Shown here: positions 19,934 through 30,234 of the stretch, one piece after another
Numbering within the stretch: the stretch's first letter is position 1
Layout of the letters: each line of letters opens with the position of its first letter
Assembly: GCA_943912835.1 (NCBI GenBank)
Contig: CALTVJ010000002.1
Span: 19,013-83,012 of the forward strand
Direction: 5' to 3'
Source: an uncultured Porphyromonas sp.
GTDB lineage: Bacteria > Bacteroidota > Bacteroidia > Bacteroidales > Porphyromonadaceae
Length of the DNA stretch: 64,000 nucleotides
Notes under the pieces: generated by a model
Databases searched by the model: none
Told to the model about the DNA's origin: nothing
The model's input: only the letters and a program-made list of their open reading frames with translations
Program-made: the position numbers and the translations under genes

Positions 19934-20404
19934 ATGGCAAGTACTAGAGATAAAGATAATGAACTACATGCTCTCGGTGGGCATACCGAATATAAGCAAG
20001 ACTATGCTCCCGAAGTATTAGAAGCCTTTACTAATAGACATCAAGATGGGGATTATTGGGTGCGTTTTCATTGCCCAGAATTTACTAGTTTGTGTCCGAT
20101 TACAGCACAACCTGATTTTGCTACGATCTATATCAGTTACATTCCTGATGTTAAAATGGTCGAGAGTAAGAGTCTTAAGCTTTATCTCTTTAGCTTTCGT
20201 AACCATGGTGCATTTCATGAGGATTGTGTAAATATTATCATGAAGGATCTTATCAAATTGATGGAGCCTAGATACATCGAAGTTTTAGGTGACTTTACCC
20301 CTAGAGGTGGTATTAGTATTTTGCCCTTTTGTTCGTGGGGGAAACCCGGAACAAAATACGAAGCAATGGCACAGCAGCGTTTGCTTAATTATCCCATAAA
20401 ATAG
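19934..20404 (+). CDS. queF: NADPH-dependent 7-cyano-7-deazaguanine (preQ0) reductase
   Basis: It is a 156-aa unimodular QueF with the catalytic Cys region (EFTSLCPIT) and a QueF motif. Confidence 0.85.
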   Translation: MASTRDKDNELHALGGHTEYKQDYAPEVLEAFTNRHQDGDYWVRFHCPEFTSLCPITAQPDFATIYISYIPDVKMVESKSLKLYLFSFRNHGAFHEDCVNIIMKDLIKLMEPRYIEVLGDFTPRGGISILPFCSWGKPGTKYEAMAQQRLLNYPIK

Positions 20405-20416
20405 ACTCAAAGTGAT

Positions 20417-21319
20417 ATGAAACGCGCCTTAGCTATCATCAACCCCAAAAGTGGAACAAGTGGCAAGAGCACAATTGTGACGAAACTAGTAGAAGCGTTC
20501 CAAGACTCTGAATATATACTATATATAAGTTATACTCGCTCAACTGGACATGCTTATGAATTGGCAAAAACCGCGATAGATGATGGTTTTCAACGAATTG
20601 TTGCAGTTGGGGGGGATGGGACTATAAATGAGGTAGCTCAAGCTCTTATGCATACAGATTGTAGTTTGGCCATTATTCCAACTGGTTCGGGCAATGGTTT
20701 AGCAAGAGCTTTGGGGTTGCCAATGAATAAAACCTTAGCGAGTAAAATTGCTGCGCAAGGACATGAAGAGACTATTGATTGTTGTTTAGCCAATGATAAG
20801 CCCTTTTTCTGTACTTGTGGTATGGGCTTTGACGCCGAAGTAAGTGCAGCTTTTGCCGAGGCTCCTTTTAGGGGATTTTTATCTTATGCTAAGACCTCTA
20901 TAGAGCACTATATTAAATATAAGCCAGCTTTGTATAAAATAGAAGTAGATGGTCTGGAGCCTATCAAAACAGAAGCATTTGTTGTGGCTGCTGCTAATGC
21001 TAGCCAATATGGCAACAATGCTCATATTGCCCCTAATGCATCTATGGTTGATGGGAAGGTTGATATTGTGGTTTTGCGTCCATTTAATGTTTTGGAGCTT
21101 CCGCAAATAACACTTCAGTTATTTAGTAAAAAACTGGAGGAGAATCTAAATCAAGATTCTTATCAGACCTCAAGGGCGGTATTTACACGTGAATGTCCTG
21201 GAGTTGTCCACCTAGATGGGGAGCCAATGGATATGCCCGAGAGAATTGTTATTGAGGTTCTGCCATCAGCTATAAAGGTCGTACGTTCTGGAGAAGAATT
21301 GTCGTCTACCGAAATATAG
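20417..21319 (+). CDS. Diacylglycerol kinase-family lipid kinase (YegS/DgkA catalytic domain)
   Basis: The GGDGT motif (VAVGGDGTINEV) is present and the length is 300 aa. Confidence 0.75.
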   Translation: MKRALAIINPKSGTSGKSTIVTKLVEAFQDSEYILYISYTRSTGHAYELAKTAIDDGFQRIVAVGGDGTINEVAQALMHTDCSLAIIPTGSGNGLARALGLPMNKTLASKIAAQGHEETIDCCLANDKPFFCTCGMGFDAEVSAAFAEAPFRGFLSYAKTSIEHYIKYKPALYKIEVDGLEPIKTEAFVVAAANASQYGNNAHIAPNASMVDGKVDIVVLRPFNVLELPQITLQLFSKKLEENLNQDSYQTSRAVFTRECPGVVHLDGEPMDMPERIVIEVLPSAIKVVRSGEELSSTEI

Positions 21320-21356
21320 GATCTAAAGCTAATCACAAAATCAAAAAAAATACTGA

Positions 21357-22268
21357 ATGAAGCATCTGGTATCTATTCATCAACTAAGTTCCGAAGATAT
21401 AATACGTATTCTTGATAGGGCTGAGCTGTTTGAGCAAAATTCTAATCGAGATTTCCTACAAGGGAAAGTTATAGCTACATTGTTTTTTGAGCCAAGTACA
21501 CGCACACGTTTGAGTTTCGAAACAGCTGTTGTACGTCTTGGGGGACGGGTTATTGGTTTTTCTGATGCCTCAACAAGTAGTAGTAGTAAAGGAGAGACCC
21601 TTAAAGATACGATCAGTATGGTCGGGAATTACGCTGATCTTATTGTTATGCGACACCATCTAGAAGGGGCAGCTTTGTATGCTTCCGAATTGTCGTCTGT
21701 TCCTATCGTAAATGCTGGAGATGGTGCTAATCAACATCCATCACAAACATTGCTTGATCTTTATTCCATAAGGAAGACGCAAGGTACATTATATGACCTA
21801 ACATTTGTTGTTGTTGGAGATCTTAAGTATGGTCGTACTGTACACTCACTTATTGAGGGGCTAAGTCATTTTAGGCCTAGGTTTATCTTTGTTTCTCCAA
21901 AAGAATTGAAACTTCCTCAAGAATATAAAGATTTTTGTGATCAACATGGCATACCTTATGAAGAAACAAGTCAGTTTAATGAGGAGGTCATACGACAAGC
22001 TGATATTTTATATATGACACGTGTACAGCGAGAGCGGTTTGTCGATTTAGAAGAATATGAACGTGTCAAATTAGTCTATATACTTAACAAAACTATGCTT
22101 GATGGGAGCAAGGATAATCTACGAATATTACATCCTCTACCTCGAGTTGGAGAAATAGCTCAAGATGTTGATGATAGTCCTAAGGCTTATTATGTACAAC
22201 AAGCCCAAAATGGGCTATATACACGACAGAGTATATTGTGTGAGGTGTTGGATATTGATGTAAAATAG
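21357..22268 (+). CDS. pyrB: Aspartate carbamoyltransferase catalytic subunit
   Basis: The STRTR and HPSQ motifs are present and the length is 303 aa. Confidence 0.9.
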   Translation: MKHLVSIHQLSSEDIIRILDRAELFEQNSNRDFLQGKVIATLFFEPSTRTRLSFETAVVRLGGRVIGFSDASTSSSSKGETLKDTISMVGNYADLIVMRHHLEGAALYASELSSVPIVNAGDGANQHPSQTLLDLYSIRKTQGTLYDLTFVVVGDLKYGRTVHSLIEGLSHFRPRFIFVSPKELKLPQEYKDFCDQHGIPYEETSQFNEEVIRQADILYMTRVQRERFVDLEEYERVKLVYILNKTMLDGSKDNLRILHPLPRVGEIAQDVDDSPKAYYVQQAQNGLYTRQSILCEVLDIDVK

Positions 22269-22280
22269 TATAGTAGCGAT

Positions 22281-22739
22281 ATGGCTAAAGATAAATTGAT
22301 GGTTGAGGCTATTTGTGATGGAACGGTGCTTGACCATATACCAAGTGAAAAGTTATTTTCAATTGTTGATATGTTGGGTTTAGATAAGTCAACAAGTCCG
22401 ATTACTATTGGGAATAATCTAGATAGCCGACGTATTGGCAGTAAGGGGGTTATTAAGATAACCGATCGTTTTTTTAGCGATGAGGAAATTAACCGTATTG
22501 CTATTTTGGCTCCTAGTATTCGTCTAAACATCATCAAAGATTATGAAGTTATAGAGAAAAAACAGATTTCGTTACCACAGTCTATTGAATCGATTGTCAA
22601 ATGTCCTAATCACAAATGTATCACAAACTACGAACCAATGCCTACGAAGTTTTATGTTCGTAAAGAGGGTGAGTTTGTTTGTCTTGTTTGTCATTATTGT
22701 CATAGATCTGTAGATGGGGATCATTGTGAATTGTTGTAA
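22281..22739 (+). CDS. pyrI: Aspartate carbamoyltransferase regulatory subunit
   Basis: The C-terminal Zn-binding pairs CPNHKC...CLVCHYC are present, and it lies directly downstream of pyrB. Confidence 0.85.
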   Translation: MAKDKLMVEAICDGTVLDHIPSEKLFSIVDMLGLDKSTSPITIGNNLDSRRIGSKGVIKITDRFFSDEEINRIAILAPSIRLNIIKDYEVIEKKQISLPQSIESIVKCPNHKCITNYEPMPTKFYVRKEGEFVCLVCHYCHRSVDGDHCELL

Positions 22740-22763
22740 TACAAGAAATTGGAAATTAAAATC

Positions 22764-23348
22764 ATGAAAAAATCAGTTTTCTCTTTAGCTATTATTTTGA
22801 TGTTTGTATTAGGAGCATCAAGTTGTTCGCCGTATAATAGCTTAGTTGAGTTGGATGAAGAGGTACAAAATAGTTGGAGTCAGGTTGAAAATCAATATCA
22901 AAGGAGAGCAGACCTAATCCCGAATCTTGTCGCAACGGTCAAAGGTTATGCTGCGCATGAAGAGCAAACGCTAAAGGGGGTAATTGAAGCTAGGGCTAAA
23001 GCTACATCTACGACTATAGACCCTAGTAAAATGGATGAAGCTTCTTTGGCAAAATTTCAGCAAAACCAAGATGCATTAAGTTCAGCTTTATCTCGCCTGA
23101 TGGTTGTTGTAGAGAAATATCCCGAACTCAAAGCTAATGAGCAGTTTCAAGATTTACAAAAGCAGTTAGAGGGGACTGAAAATAGAATAACCGTTGCTCG
23201 TCAAGATTTCAATACTTCTGTGAAGACTTACAACAAAGAGGTAAGAAGTTTCCCAAAAAATATATTAGCAAATATATTTGGCTTCGAACGACGAGCTTAT
23301 TTTGAGGCTAAAGAGGGCAACGATACAGCACCTAGTGTTAATTTTTGA
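22764..23348 (+). CDS. LemA family protein
   Basis: A signal-anchor TM is followed by the LemA domain (NSLVELDEEVQNSWSQVENQYQRRADLIPNLV). The track start is TTG at 22749, and the first ATG is at 22764. Confidence 0.8.
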   Translation: MKKSVFSLAIILMFVLGASSCSPYNSLVELDEEVQNSWSQVENQYQRRADLIPNLVATVKGYAAHEEQTLKGVIEARAKATSTTIDPSKMDEASLAKFQQNQDALSSALSRLMVVVEKYPELKANEQFQDLQKQLEGTENRITVARQDFNTSVKTYNKEVRSFPKNILANIFGFERRAYFEAKEGNDTAPSVNF

Positions 23349-23351
23349 TTT

Positions 23352-24650
23352 ATGTTTGAACGAGCTTATATTAAAATATTTTTAGCTCTATTACTACTCC
23401 TCACACCTATGCTCTTATCGGGTCGTGAGGAGTATTTGGCTTATAGAGCGAGTGATGTCCCTAATGTTTATCTCCAAGATAGTACACGCTTGCTTAGTGA
23501 TCCTAATGATTATATCTCACTTGCCGAGGAGAATGAGATAAACCTAAAACTTTTGGAGATCAAGAGGCTCTATGGTGTTGAGTTTGCCGTTGTTGTTGTC
23601 CCCCAGATACACAATAGTATTGAGGAGTTTGCGAATAGTCTTTTTCGGTTATGGGGGCTGGGAAATAAAAAGAATAATAATGGTCTTTTATTTGTCTTAG
23701 CAATAGAGGCGCGCCAAAGTCGTTTTGAGGTTGGCTATGGTCTTGAAGGTTATATCACCGATATTGAGGCTAACCAGATATGGCGTAATGTAATGAAACC
23801 TTATGTCAGAGAAGGGAGCTATGGTTATGCTATTCTTGCTGGGATACAATCGATAAGTGATACTCTCGCTATTCAGCAGTATGGAGCATCGTTGAAGCCC
23901 GTACGTCCCAACGAATGGAGTTGGAGTAGTCTACTATATTTATACTTACTGTTAAGTATTTTCGTATTTGTCTATTGTTTGATTAATCTAAGAACCACAC
24001 TTCTACAACAGAGTAAAAATATAGATGATGACCGCAGGTTGTGGATTAGAGCGAAAGAAGTTTATAGTAGAGGAGGGAGACTCATGATGATTATTTGTTT
24101 CCCTTTGGGATTCTTGTTTAAGGCGTTGGGCTCATTGTGGCTAAGAAAACTTCGCAAAAGGGTAAGGTATTGCGACAATTGCCATACAAATAACATGCTT
24201 TTGATGGAACATTATCACAAAGGAAAACTTCAGCAGATAGAGGAGCATATCGGTGTGGCATCATACCATAGATACAGATGTAATCATTGTCATATCGAGA
24301 GAGAAATTCGTCTTAAGCGAGGTACAATGAGTGGGTATCGTATTTGTCCATCTTGTTATGGAGAGACTGCTCAACTAGTTCGTTCTATGAGTTACAGAAA
24401 ATCAAGCGGATTAAGTCCTATCTATAATCATAATACCTATAAGTGTTTGCATTGTGGTTATGAGCAAAATCATGATGAAGAGGGTGACCAAAATCATTCA
24501 AATGATGAAATGACTGGTATGATCACAGGGCTTATTCTTGGAAGTTTATTAGGAGGATCTGGACGCTCATCTGGATTGGGAGGTTTCGGTGGCGGATCTT
24601 CCGGCGGTGGCGGATCTTCCGGCGGTGGCGGATCTTCTGGAAGCTGGTAA
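23352..24650 (+). CDS. TPM-domain (YgcG-like) membrane protein with inserted 4x CxxC zinc-ribbon module and Gly/Ser-rich tail
   Basis: It has a signal peptide, a TPM domain, a TM segment, then CDNCH / CNHCH / CPSCY / CLHCG, and ends in GGFGGGSSGGGGSSGGGGSSGSW. Confidence 0.7.
   Translation: MFERAYIKIFLALLLLLTPMLLSGREEYLAYRASDVPNVYLQDSTRLLSDPNDYISLAEENEINLKLLEIKRLYGVEFAVVVVPQIHNSIEEFANSLFRLWGLGNKKNNNGLLFVLAIEARQSRFEVGYGLEGYITDIEANQIWRNVMKPYVREGSYGYAILAGIQSISDTLAIQQYGASLKPVRPNEWSWSSLLYLYLLLSIFVFVYCLINLRTTLLQQSKNIDDDRRLWIRAKEVYSRGGRLMMIICFPLGFLFKALGSLWLRKLRKRVRYCDNCHTNNMLLMEHYHKGKLQQIEEHIGVASYHRYRCNHCHIEREIRLKRGTMSGYRICPSCYGETAQLVRSMSYRKSSGLSPIYNHNTYKCLHCGYEQNHDEEGDQNHSNDEMTGMITGLILGSLLGGSGRSSGLGGFGGGSSGGGGSSGGGGSSGSW
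24591..24640 (+). repeat. Tandem 18-bp coding repeat (ggcggatcttccggcggt x ~2.8) encoding (GGGSS)n
   Basis: It is a direct repeat seen in the sequence at the 3' end of the TPM gene. Confidence 0.8.
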
Positions 24651-24686
24651 ATACTTTGGTATAGTGTTTGCATTATATCGTATAAT

Positions 24687-27206
24687 ATGACGTACAATTA
24701 TACAGATAACTTCCGATTAGTATTGGAATTTGCGATAGAGAGAGCTAAGGCTTTATATATGCCAGAAGTTACTCCGGATTTATTGATATATTCTATTCTT
24801 CATCAGGATCAAAGCCTTCTTGAGCTTTTGAAGCAGCGAGGGATTGAAACGGAATTTTTATTGGAAAACTATAGCAAGCAAATCCCTGCTCACCTACCTA
24901 GTTTAGGGTATTCAGCTCCAAAGTTGTCTAACAGTTCTCGTATAGCCATATCAGAAGCTGTTAAAAAAAGTCAGTTGGAGCAAAATGGTAAGCCAGTTGC
25001 TCCGATTCATCTATTAGAAGTGTTTATGGAAAGTAAAGAGGATACATATTTAAAGCGTTTATTGTTACTACAAGATAAATTGAAGCCCAAAGCGGAAAAT
25101 TTGGATCAGAGTTTTGTGAATAGTCTAAAAAAAGCATTGGATAATTTTGTTGCTCAAACAGCCAAAGATATGGGACAAGACGACGAAGAAAGCGAAAATG
25201 ATGAGGACGGACAACAGCAGTATGTATCTCATGGGAAAAGAAAAGAGAAGGGAGGGCTTAAAACGCCAATGCTCAATCGCTTTGGTAGAGATATAACTGC
25301 TCTTGCGCGCGAGAAAAAACTTGACCCAGTTGTTGGCAGAGAGGCTGAGGTCGAGAGGATGTGTCAAATTTTAGGAAGGAGACGCAAGCGAAATCCTATT
25401 TTGATTGGAGAGCCAGGCGTAGGTAAAACTAGTTTGGTGGAGGGCTTATCTCAACGTATTGTAGATCAAGATGTCCCTCCTTTGCTTCTAGGTAAACGTA
25501 TTGTAGAGTTGGATCTTTCTGCGATGCTTGCAGGAACCAAATATAGAGGTCAATTTGAAGAACGTATCAAAGGGCTTATTGAGGAACTGGAGGGGAATAA
25601 TGACATAATCCTTTATATAGATGAAATACACACGATGGTTGGAGCTGGTGGTGGAGCAATGGATGCTGCAAATATGCTGAAGCCAGCTTTGGCCCGTGGT
25701 GAAATCTTGTGTATTGGTGCGACTACTATTGAAGAGTATCGCAAGCATATCGAGAAAGATGGTGCATTAGAACGGCGTTTTCAGAAAATCCTTGTTGAGC
25801 CAAGTGATAAAGGAGAAACACTCTCTATTCTTAAACAGCTACGTGAACGTTACGAAGAGTATCATCAGGTTCGTTTTACAGAGAAGTCTCTAGAGGCTAT
25901 TGTTAACCTGTCAGATAGATATGTTAATGACAGGTATTTCCCAGATAAGGCTATTGACTTGATGGACGAGACAGGTGCTCGTTTTGCTAGCAAAGTGTTC
26001 GAAACAGAAACTACTAATCCTTTGAGAGATTTGGAGATTGAGCATCAAAGCTATATTGACAAAAAACTTTCGGCAATAAAAGAGCAAAAGTATGAATTAG
26101 CAGCGAGTTATCGTAATAAAGAGAGAGAACTTGAAGCGGCTATTGTAGATGCGAAATCCAAGCTGAAAATACAAACAATCGCCAGTTACCCAGAGATATT
26201 ACCTGAGCATATTGCAGAGGTCCTTTCATCGATTATTTCAATCCCGATAAAATTGAATGATGGGGACTTAGATAGTTTGCGTAACCTCGAAATATCTCTC
26301 AAAAATAAAATTATTGCTCAAGACTCAGTTGTTGAGAAAGTTGTCAAGAGCATTAAGCGCAATCGCCTTGGATTAAGAGGAAATAAGAGACCTATTGGCT
26401 CTTTCTTGTTTTTGGGTTCTACGGGGGTAGGTAAAACTTACTTTGTCAAGACCCTTGCGGAAGAATTATTTGGGACTAGCGATTCTTTAATTAGAGTTGA
26501 TATGAGCGAGTATATGGAGAAGTTTGCCGTGAGTAGATTGATTGGGGCTCCTCCAGGATATGTGGGGCATGATGATGGAGGACAGCTAACTGAGCAAGTC
26601 CGTCTTCGCCCCTATTCTATAGTTTTATTTGATGAAATCGAAAAAGCTCATAGCGATGTGTACAATATATTGTTGCAGATTTTGGATGAAGGCTATTTAA
26701 CGGACAGTTATGGTCGTAAAGTTGATTTTCGCAATACTATTATTGTTATTACATCTAATGTAGGCTCAAGAGAGGCTAAAAATTTCTCAAGAGGCATAGG
26801 CTATGATCATGGAGGAGAACATAATCGTACAGAGGAGATAATAAAGAAGTCGTTACATAAGACATTTAGCCCTGAATTTTTGAATCGTTTAGACGAAATT
26901 CTGACCTTCAAGGATTTAGACAAAGATGCGATAAGAAGTATACTCGCTTTAGAGCTTAAAGAGTTGAATGTACGCTTCAAAGAATTAGGATATACACTGA
27001 AACTGGATAAAAAAGCAACAGAACAGCTTGTTGAAAATGCTTATAGTCCCGAGTATGGAGCTCGCCCATTGAGACGAGTTTTGCAAACTGAGATCGAGAA
27101 TCTTTTCACAGAGTTAATATTAGAGGGGACAATACAAACGGGCGATATAGTCACACTTACGGCGAAAGAGCAACATCTAGAACTTAAAAATATTAAGAGA
27201 AAATGA
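24687..27206 (+). CDS. clpC: Clp/Hsp100 AAA+ chaperone ATPase, ClpC-like
   Basis: The Clp_N domain, two AAA+ modules (Walker A GEPGVGKT and GSTGVGKT) and the ClpB/D2-small domain are present. An acidic linker follows the N-domain. Confidence 0.85.
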   Translation: MTYNYTDNFRLVLEFAIERAKALYMPEVTPDLLIYSILHQDQSLLELLKQRGIETEFLLENYSKQIPAHLPSLGYSAPKLSNSSRIAISEAVKKSQLEQNGKPVAPIHLLEVFMESKEDTYLKRLLLLQDKLKPKAENLDQSFVNSLKKALDNFVAQTAKDMGQDDEESENDEDGQQQYVSHGKRKEKGGLKTPMLNRFGRDITALAREKKLDPVVGREAEVERMCQILGRRRKRNPILIGEPGVGKTSLVEGLSQRIVDQDVPPLLLGKRIVELDLSAMLAGTKYRGQFEERIKGLIEELEGNNDIILYIDEIHTMVGAGGGAMDAANMLKPALARGEILCIGATTIEEYRKHIEKDGALERRFQKILVEPSDKGETLSILKQLRERYEEYHQVRFTEKSLEAIVNLSDRYVNDRYFPDKAIDLMDETGARFASKVFETETTNPLRDLEIEHQSYIDKKLSAIKEQKYELAASYRNKERELEAAIVDAKSKLKIQTIASYPEILPEHIAEVLSSIISIPIKLNDGDLDSLRNLEISLKNKIIAQDSVVEKVVKSIKRNRLGLRGNKRPIGSFLFLGSTGVGKTYFVKTLAEELFGTSDSLIRVDMSEYMEKFAVSRLIGAPPGYVGHDDGGQLTEQVRLRPYSIVLFDEIEKAHSDVYNILLQILDEGYLTDSYGRKVDFRNTIIVITSNVGSREAKNFSRGIGYDHGGEHNRTEEIIKKSLHKTFSPEFLNRLDEILTFKDLDKDAIRSILALELKELNVRFKELGYTLKLDKKATEQLVENAYSPEYGARPLRRVLQTEIENLFTELILEGTIQTGDIVTLTAKEQHLELKNIKRK

Positions 27207-27622
27207 TAGTTGTAGAACGTTATCACGACATAAGTATGGGACACCGTGTCGTTGGGCATGAAAATAAATGTAAACATCTGCATGGACATAATTATAGGGT
27301 TTACTTTACTTGTACCTCTGAAGAGTTAGACGAGATAGGTCGTGTTATTGATTTTGGGATAATCAAAGAGCTCTTGTGCGAGTGGCTAGAAACCCATTGG
27401 GATCATCGCATGATGCTTTGGGAGAAAGATCCTTTACTCTCAGATTTGGTCCATTTAGTCCCAGACGATTTGGTAGTTGTCCCTTTTAATCCAACGGCAG
27501 AGCATATGGCAAAGTATCTAGTTGAGGTCGTTGGACCACAGCAATTGGAGGGATCAGGTGTCAAGTTACTTGCCGTGCGTATTGACGAAACTCGTAAGTG
27601 TAGTGCGAGTTATACCATATAA
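27203..27622 (+). CDS. queD: 6-carboxy-5,6,7,8-tetrahydropterin synthase
   Basis: The CxxxHGH motif (CKHLHGHNY) is present and the length is 139 aa. It overlaps the clpC stop by 4 nt. Confidence 0.85.
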   Translation: MIVVERYHDISMGHRVVGHENKCKHLHGHNYRVYFTCTSEELDEIGRVIDFGIIKELLCEWLETHWDHRMMLWEKDPLLSDLVHLVPDDLVVVPFNPTAEHMAKYLVEVVGPQQLEGSGVKLLAVRIDETRKCSASYTI

Positions 27623-27636
27623 TATCTAGGTATCAG

Positions 27637-29121
27637 ATGAAAGGCTTAAAACCAATTATGTTTGTTGGGACTGGCAGTGATGTCGGAAAAAGTATTATTG
27701 CGACTGGGATATGTCGCATTTTCAAGCAAGATGGATATACTCCTGCACCATTTAAGGCTCAGAATATGGCTTTGAACTCTTTTGCAACAGAGGAAGGGTT
27801 AGAAATTGGGCGTGCTCAGGCTGTTCAGGCTGAAGCTGCTTGTCTTGCACCCCACACAGATATGAATCCTCTATTGCTTAAGCCTGGCAGTGATAGACGT
27901 AGCCAAATCGTACTTAATGGCAAACCTATTGGAGACCGAGATGCTTACGATTACTTCAGAACCATTGGAAGGGGAGAACTTCGTCAAGAAGTACATGCCG
28001 CATTTGACCGCTTGAGAGCTAAATACAACCCCATAGTTATGGAAGGGGCAGGAAGTATTAGCGAACTCAATTTGCAGAGTAGCGACTTGGTTAATATGCC
28101 GATGGCTCATTATGCCGATGCTGTAGTTATCTTGGTTGCAGATATTGATAGAGGTGGTGTTTTTGCTTCTGTCTATGGCTCTATCACTTTACAAAAGCCT
28201 GAATATAGAGAATTAATTAAAGGAGTTATCATAAACAAGTTTCGTGGAGATATTCGTCTTTTCGATGAGGGAAAAAAGATGCTAGAGGATCTGTGTGGTG
28301 TGCCAATACTTGGGATTGTTCCATACTACAAAGATATTCATATCGAAGAGGAAGACTCTGTAGCTTTAAGCAAAAAAGCGATGCTAAGCAAGTCTGGTAA
28401 AGTTAACATTGCTGTTGTACTCCTAAGATATATGTCTAACTATACGGATTTCGCTAGATTGGAAGCTGATCCCAGAGTACATCTCTTTTATTCCAACAAT
28501 TTGGACGAGTTAAGACAAGCTGACATTATCATTTTGCCGGGAAGTAAGAGCACGCTCTCAGATCTCTATGAGTTAAGGAGAAATGGGGTGGCTCAAATTA
28601 TATTGCAGGCTCGTCGTGAAGGGAAGACTATCCTAGGTATCTGTGGAGGCTATCAAATGATGGGACAAGAGATTTTGGATCCTGATGGGGTCGAAGGTGA
28701 TATTGTTCGTCTACCTGCTTTAGGGCTGCTCCCGCTTAGCACCACAATGGAGAAAGGTAAAATTACGGAACAACGTAGCTTTACCGTATTAGACTCTAGT
28801 GAGATATGTTATGGTTATGAAATACACATGGGTCGTACTCAAGTGTCTACCGATGCTCCTACAAGTCCTTTGGCTTACCTAGAAGATGGTCGAGAGGATG
28901 GGTATTATCTAGATGCTCATTGTATGGGAACTTATCTGCATGGTATCTTGGATAATCCGAGCTTCGTTGATTTACTTCTTGCCCCCTATAAGGAGCGTAT
29001 AGATCAGGGTGATACATATCTCGATTATGAGATGTATAAAAATCAGCAGTATGATAAACTTGCAGATCATTTGAGAGAGCATATCGATGTAGCTCAGATC
29101 TATAATATACTGGAGCAATGA
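27637..29121 (+). CDS. cobQ: Cobyric acid synthase
   Basis: It has an N-terminal CobQ/CbiP ATPase domain (GTGSDVGKS) and a C-terminal GATase1 domain (GICGGYQMMG). Confidence 0.85.
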   Translation: MKGLKPIMFVGTGSDVGKSIIATGICRIFKQDGYTPAPFKAQNMALNSFATEEGLEIGRAQAVQAEAACLAPHTDMNPLLLKPGSDRRSQIVLNGKPIGDRDAYDYFRTIGRGELRQEVHAAFDRLRAKYNPIVMEGAGSISELNLQSSDLVNMPMAHYADAVVILVADIDRGGVFASVYGSITLQKPEYRELIKGVIINKFRGDIRLFDEGKKMLEDLCGVPILGIVPYYKDIHIEEEDSVALSKKAMLSKSGKVNIAVVLLRYMSNYTDFARLEADPRVHLFYSNNLDELRQADIIILPGSKSTLSDLYELRRNGVAQIILQARREGKTILGICGGYQMMGQEILDPDGVEGDIVRLPALGLLPLSTTMEKGKITEQRSFTVLDSSEICYGYEIHMGRTQVSTDAPTSPLAYLEDGREDGYYLDAHCMGTYLHGILDNPSFVDLLLAPYKERIDQGDTYLDYEMYKNQQYDKLADHLREHIDVAQIYNILEQ

Positions 29122-30071
29122 CACATAATCATGGCGATGATTTGTATCGTTACGATAATATCATCGCAAATTTTAGCTCTAATGTTTATTCTGGAGCGAA
29201 TAATCAAGCTTTAATTAAGCATTTACAAAGTTATATAGCTATTGGCTCATCGTCTTATCCCGAACCAGAGCCTTACACTTTACAAAAGGAGCTTGCTGAG
29301 TATTATGGGATTAGTCCAGACTGTGTCCTCGTAACTAATGGAGCGACAGAGGCAATATATTTGGTTGCTCATCTCTTAGAGGGAGAGCATGTGTCAATTC
29401 AGGAGCCTACATTTAGTGAATATCGTATGGCTTCACAGATATATAAGTGTAATATCTGTGACAATGCACCAATAAAGTGGATTTGTAACCCAAATAATCC
29501 AACAGGATTACTTAATCGCGAAATCTCAAAAATTGAGAAGGAATTACTTATTGAAGATCGCAGTTATGAGTATTTCTGCCGTGAGGGTATGCCACCTCCA
29601 GAAATTACAGATTCCCATATATATATATATTCTTTGACGAAACGCTATCGTATACCAGGTATTCGTTTAGGGTACATTATTACATCAGAAAAACTTGCAT
29701 CTCGGCTACGAAAACTGCGACAACCTTGGAGTGTAAATGCCATTGCTATAGAAGCAGGGCTTTGGATTGTGAGGCATAGATTTCCTAATACCATAGAGCG
29801 AGACGCTCTATTCGTTGAGGCTGATAGATTAGCGAAAGAGCTAAGTAAAATTGATGGCGTTGAAGTCTATGAGACAGACACTCATTTTATGTTGTTACGT
29901 ACGCCTATGTTGTCATCCGAACTTAAAGACTTACTAGCAATGAAGTACCAAATTTTGATTCGTGACGCAAGTAATTTCCCAACTCTTAGCCCTTATCATA
30001 TACGTCTTGCGACACAATCAACAACGGAAAACAATCTGTTACTTGATGCACTAAGGAATATTTTGAAATAA
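29118..30071 (+). CDS. cobD: Threonine-phosphate decarboxylase / class I-II aminotransferase (CobD-type)
   Basis: It is a 317-aa PLP-fold protein translationally coupled to cobQ (ATGA overlap). Confidence 0.65.
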   Translation: MTHNHGDDLYRYDNIIANFSSNVYSGANNQALIKHLQSYIAIGSSSYPEPEPYTLQKELAEYYGISPDCVLVTNGATEAIYLVAHLLEGEHVSIQEPTFSEYRMASQIYKCNICDNAPIKWICNPNNPTGLLNREISKIEKELLIEDRSYEYFCREGMPPPEITDSHIYIYSLTKRYRIPGIRLGYIITSEKLASRLRKLRQPWSVNAIAIEAGLWIVRHRFPNTIERDALFVEADRLAKELSKIDGVEVYETDTHFMLLRTPMLSSELKDLLAMKYQILIRDASNFPTLSPYHIRLATQSTTENNLLLDALRNILK

Positions 30072-30234
30072 TTGTAGATTTGCTACATTTACGAAAAATG
30101 TTTTTCTTTGTTTCTCAAATGATTTTCCAACAGTAATAATAATATTAAAAAGTATCGCCTATAAGATAGTAGTTACATCATAGAATTAGGACATAAATAG
30201 TTCAAAAGTCTCACTATAAAATATAGCTACGACT

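Noticed and set aside
22190-22537. 115-aa minus-strand ORF overlapping pyrB/pyrI; likewise the antisense ORFs at 1175-1417, 2410-2769, 2645-2836, 2886-3149, 6034-6297, 6379-6645, 9851-10054, 10928-11134, 11621-11809, 16304-16543, 16948-17136, 17384-17599, 18622-18861, 19349-19552, 20018-20231, 20879-21106, 25125-25367, 25488-25748, 27041-27289, 27871-28110, 31517-32149, 33946-34185, 37846-38037, 39011-39715, 42598-43380, 44077-44579, 45284-45839, 49464-49685, 50211-50701, 52686-53301, 53405-53626, 53910-54266, 55979-56173, 57021-57404, 57730-57912, 58326-58580, 63039-63502
   Set aside because: All are embedded in, and antisense or out-of-frame to, strongly supported conserved genes. They have low-complexity or hydrophobic junk translations and no independent start or stop context.
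24591-24640. Tandem 18-bp direct repeat; considered as a CRISPR-like or satellite repeat
   Set aside because: The units are contiguous with no spacers. They lie inside a well-supported ORF and encode the Gly/Ser tail typical of TPM-domain proteins.
24494-24697. Minus-strand ORF encoding PPPPEDPPPPEDPPP... (67 aa)
   Set aside because: It is the antisense reading of the (GGGSS)n tandem repeat at the 3' end of the TPM gene. It is entirely an artefact of the GC-rich coding repeat on the opposite strand.
30072-30234. Weak hairpin (tgtag..ctaca) after cobD as a terminator
   Set aside because: It is only a 5-bp stem. It is insufficient to call, and the region more likely just holds the ECF sigma promoter.
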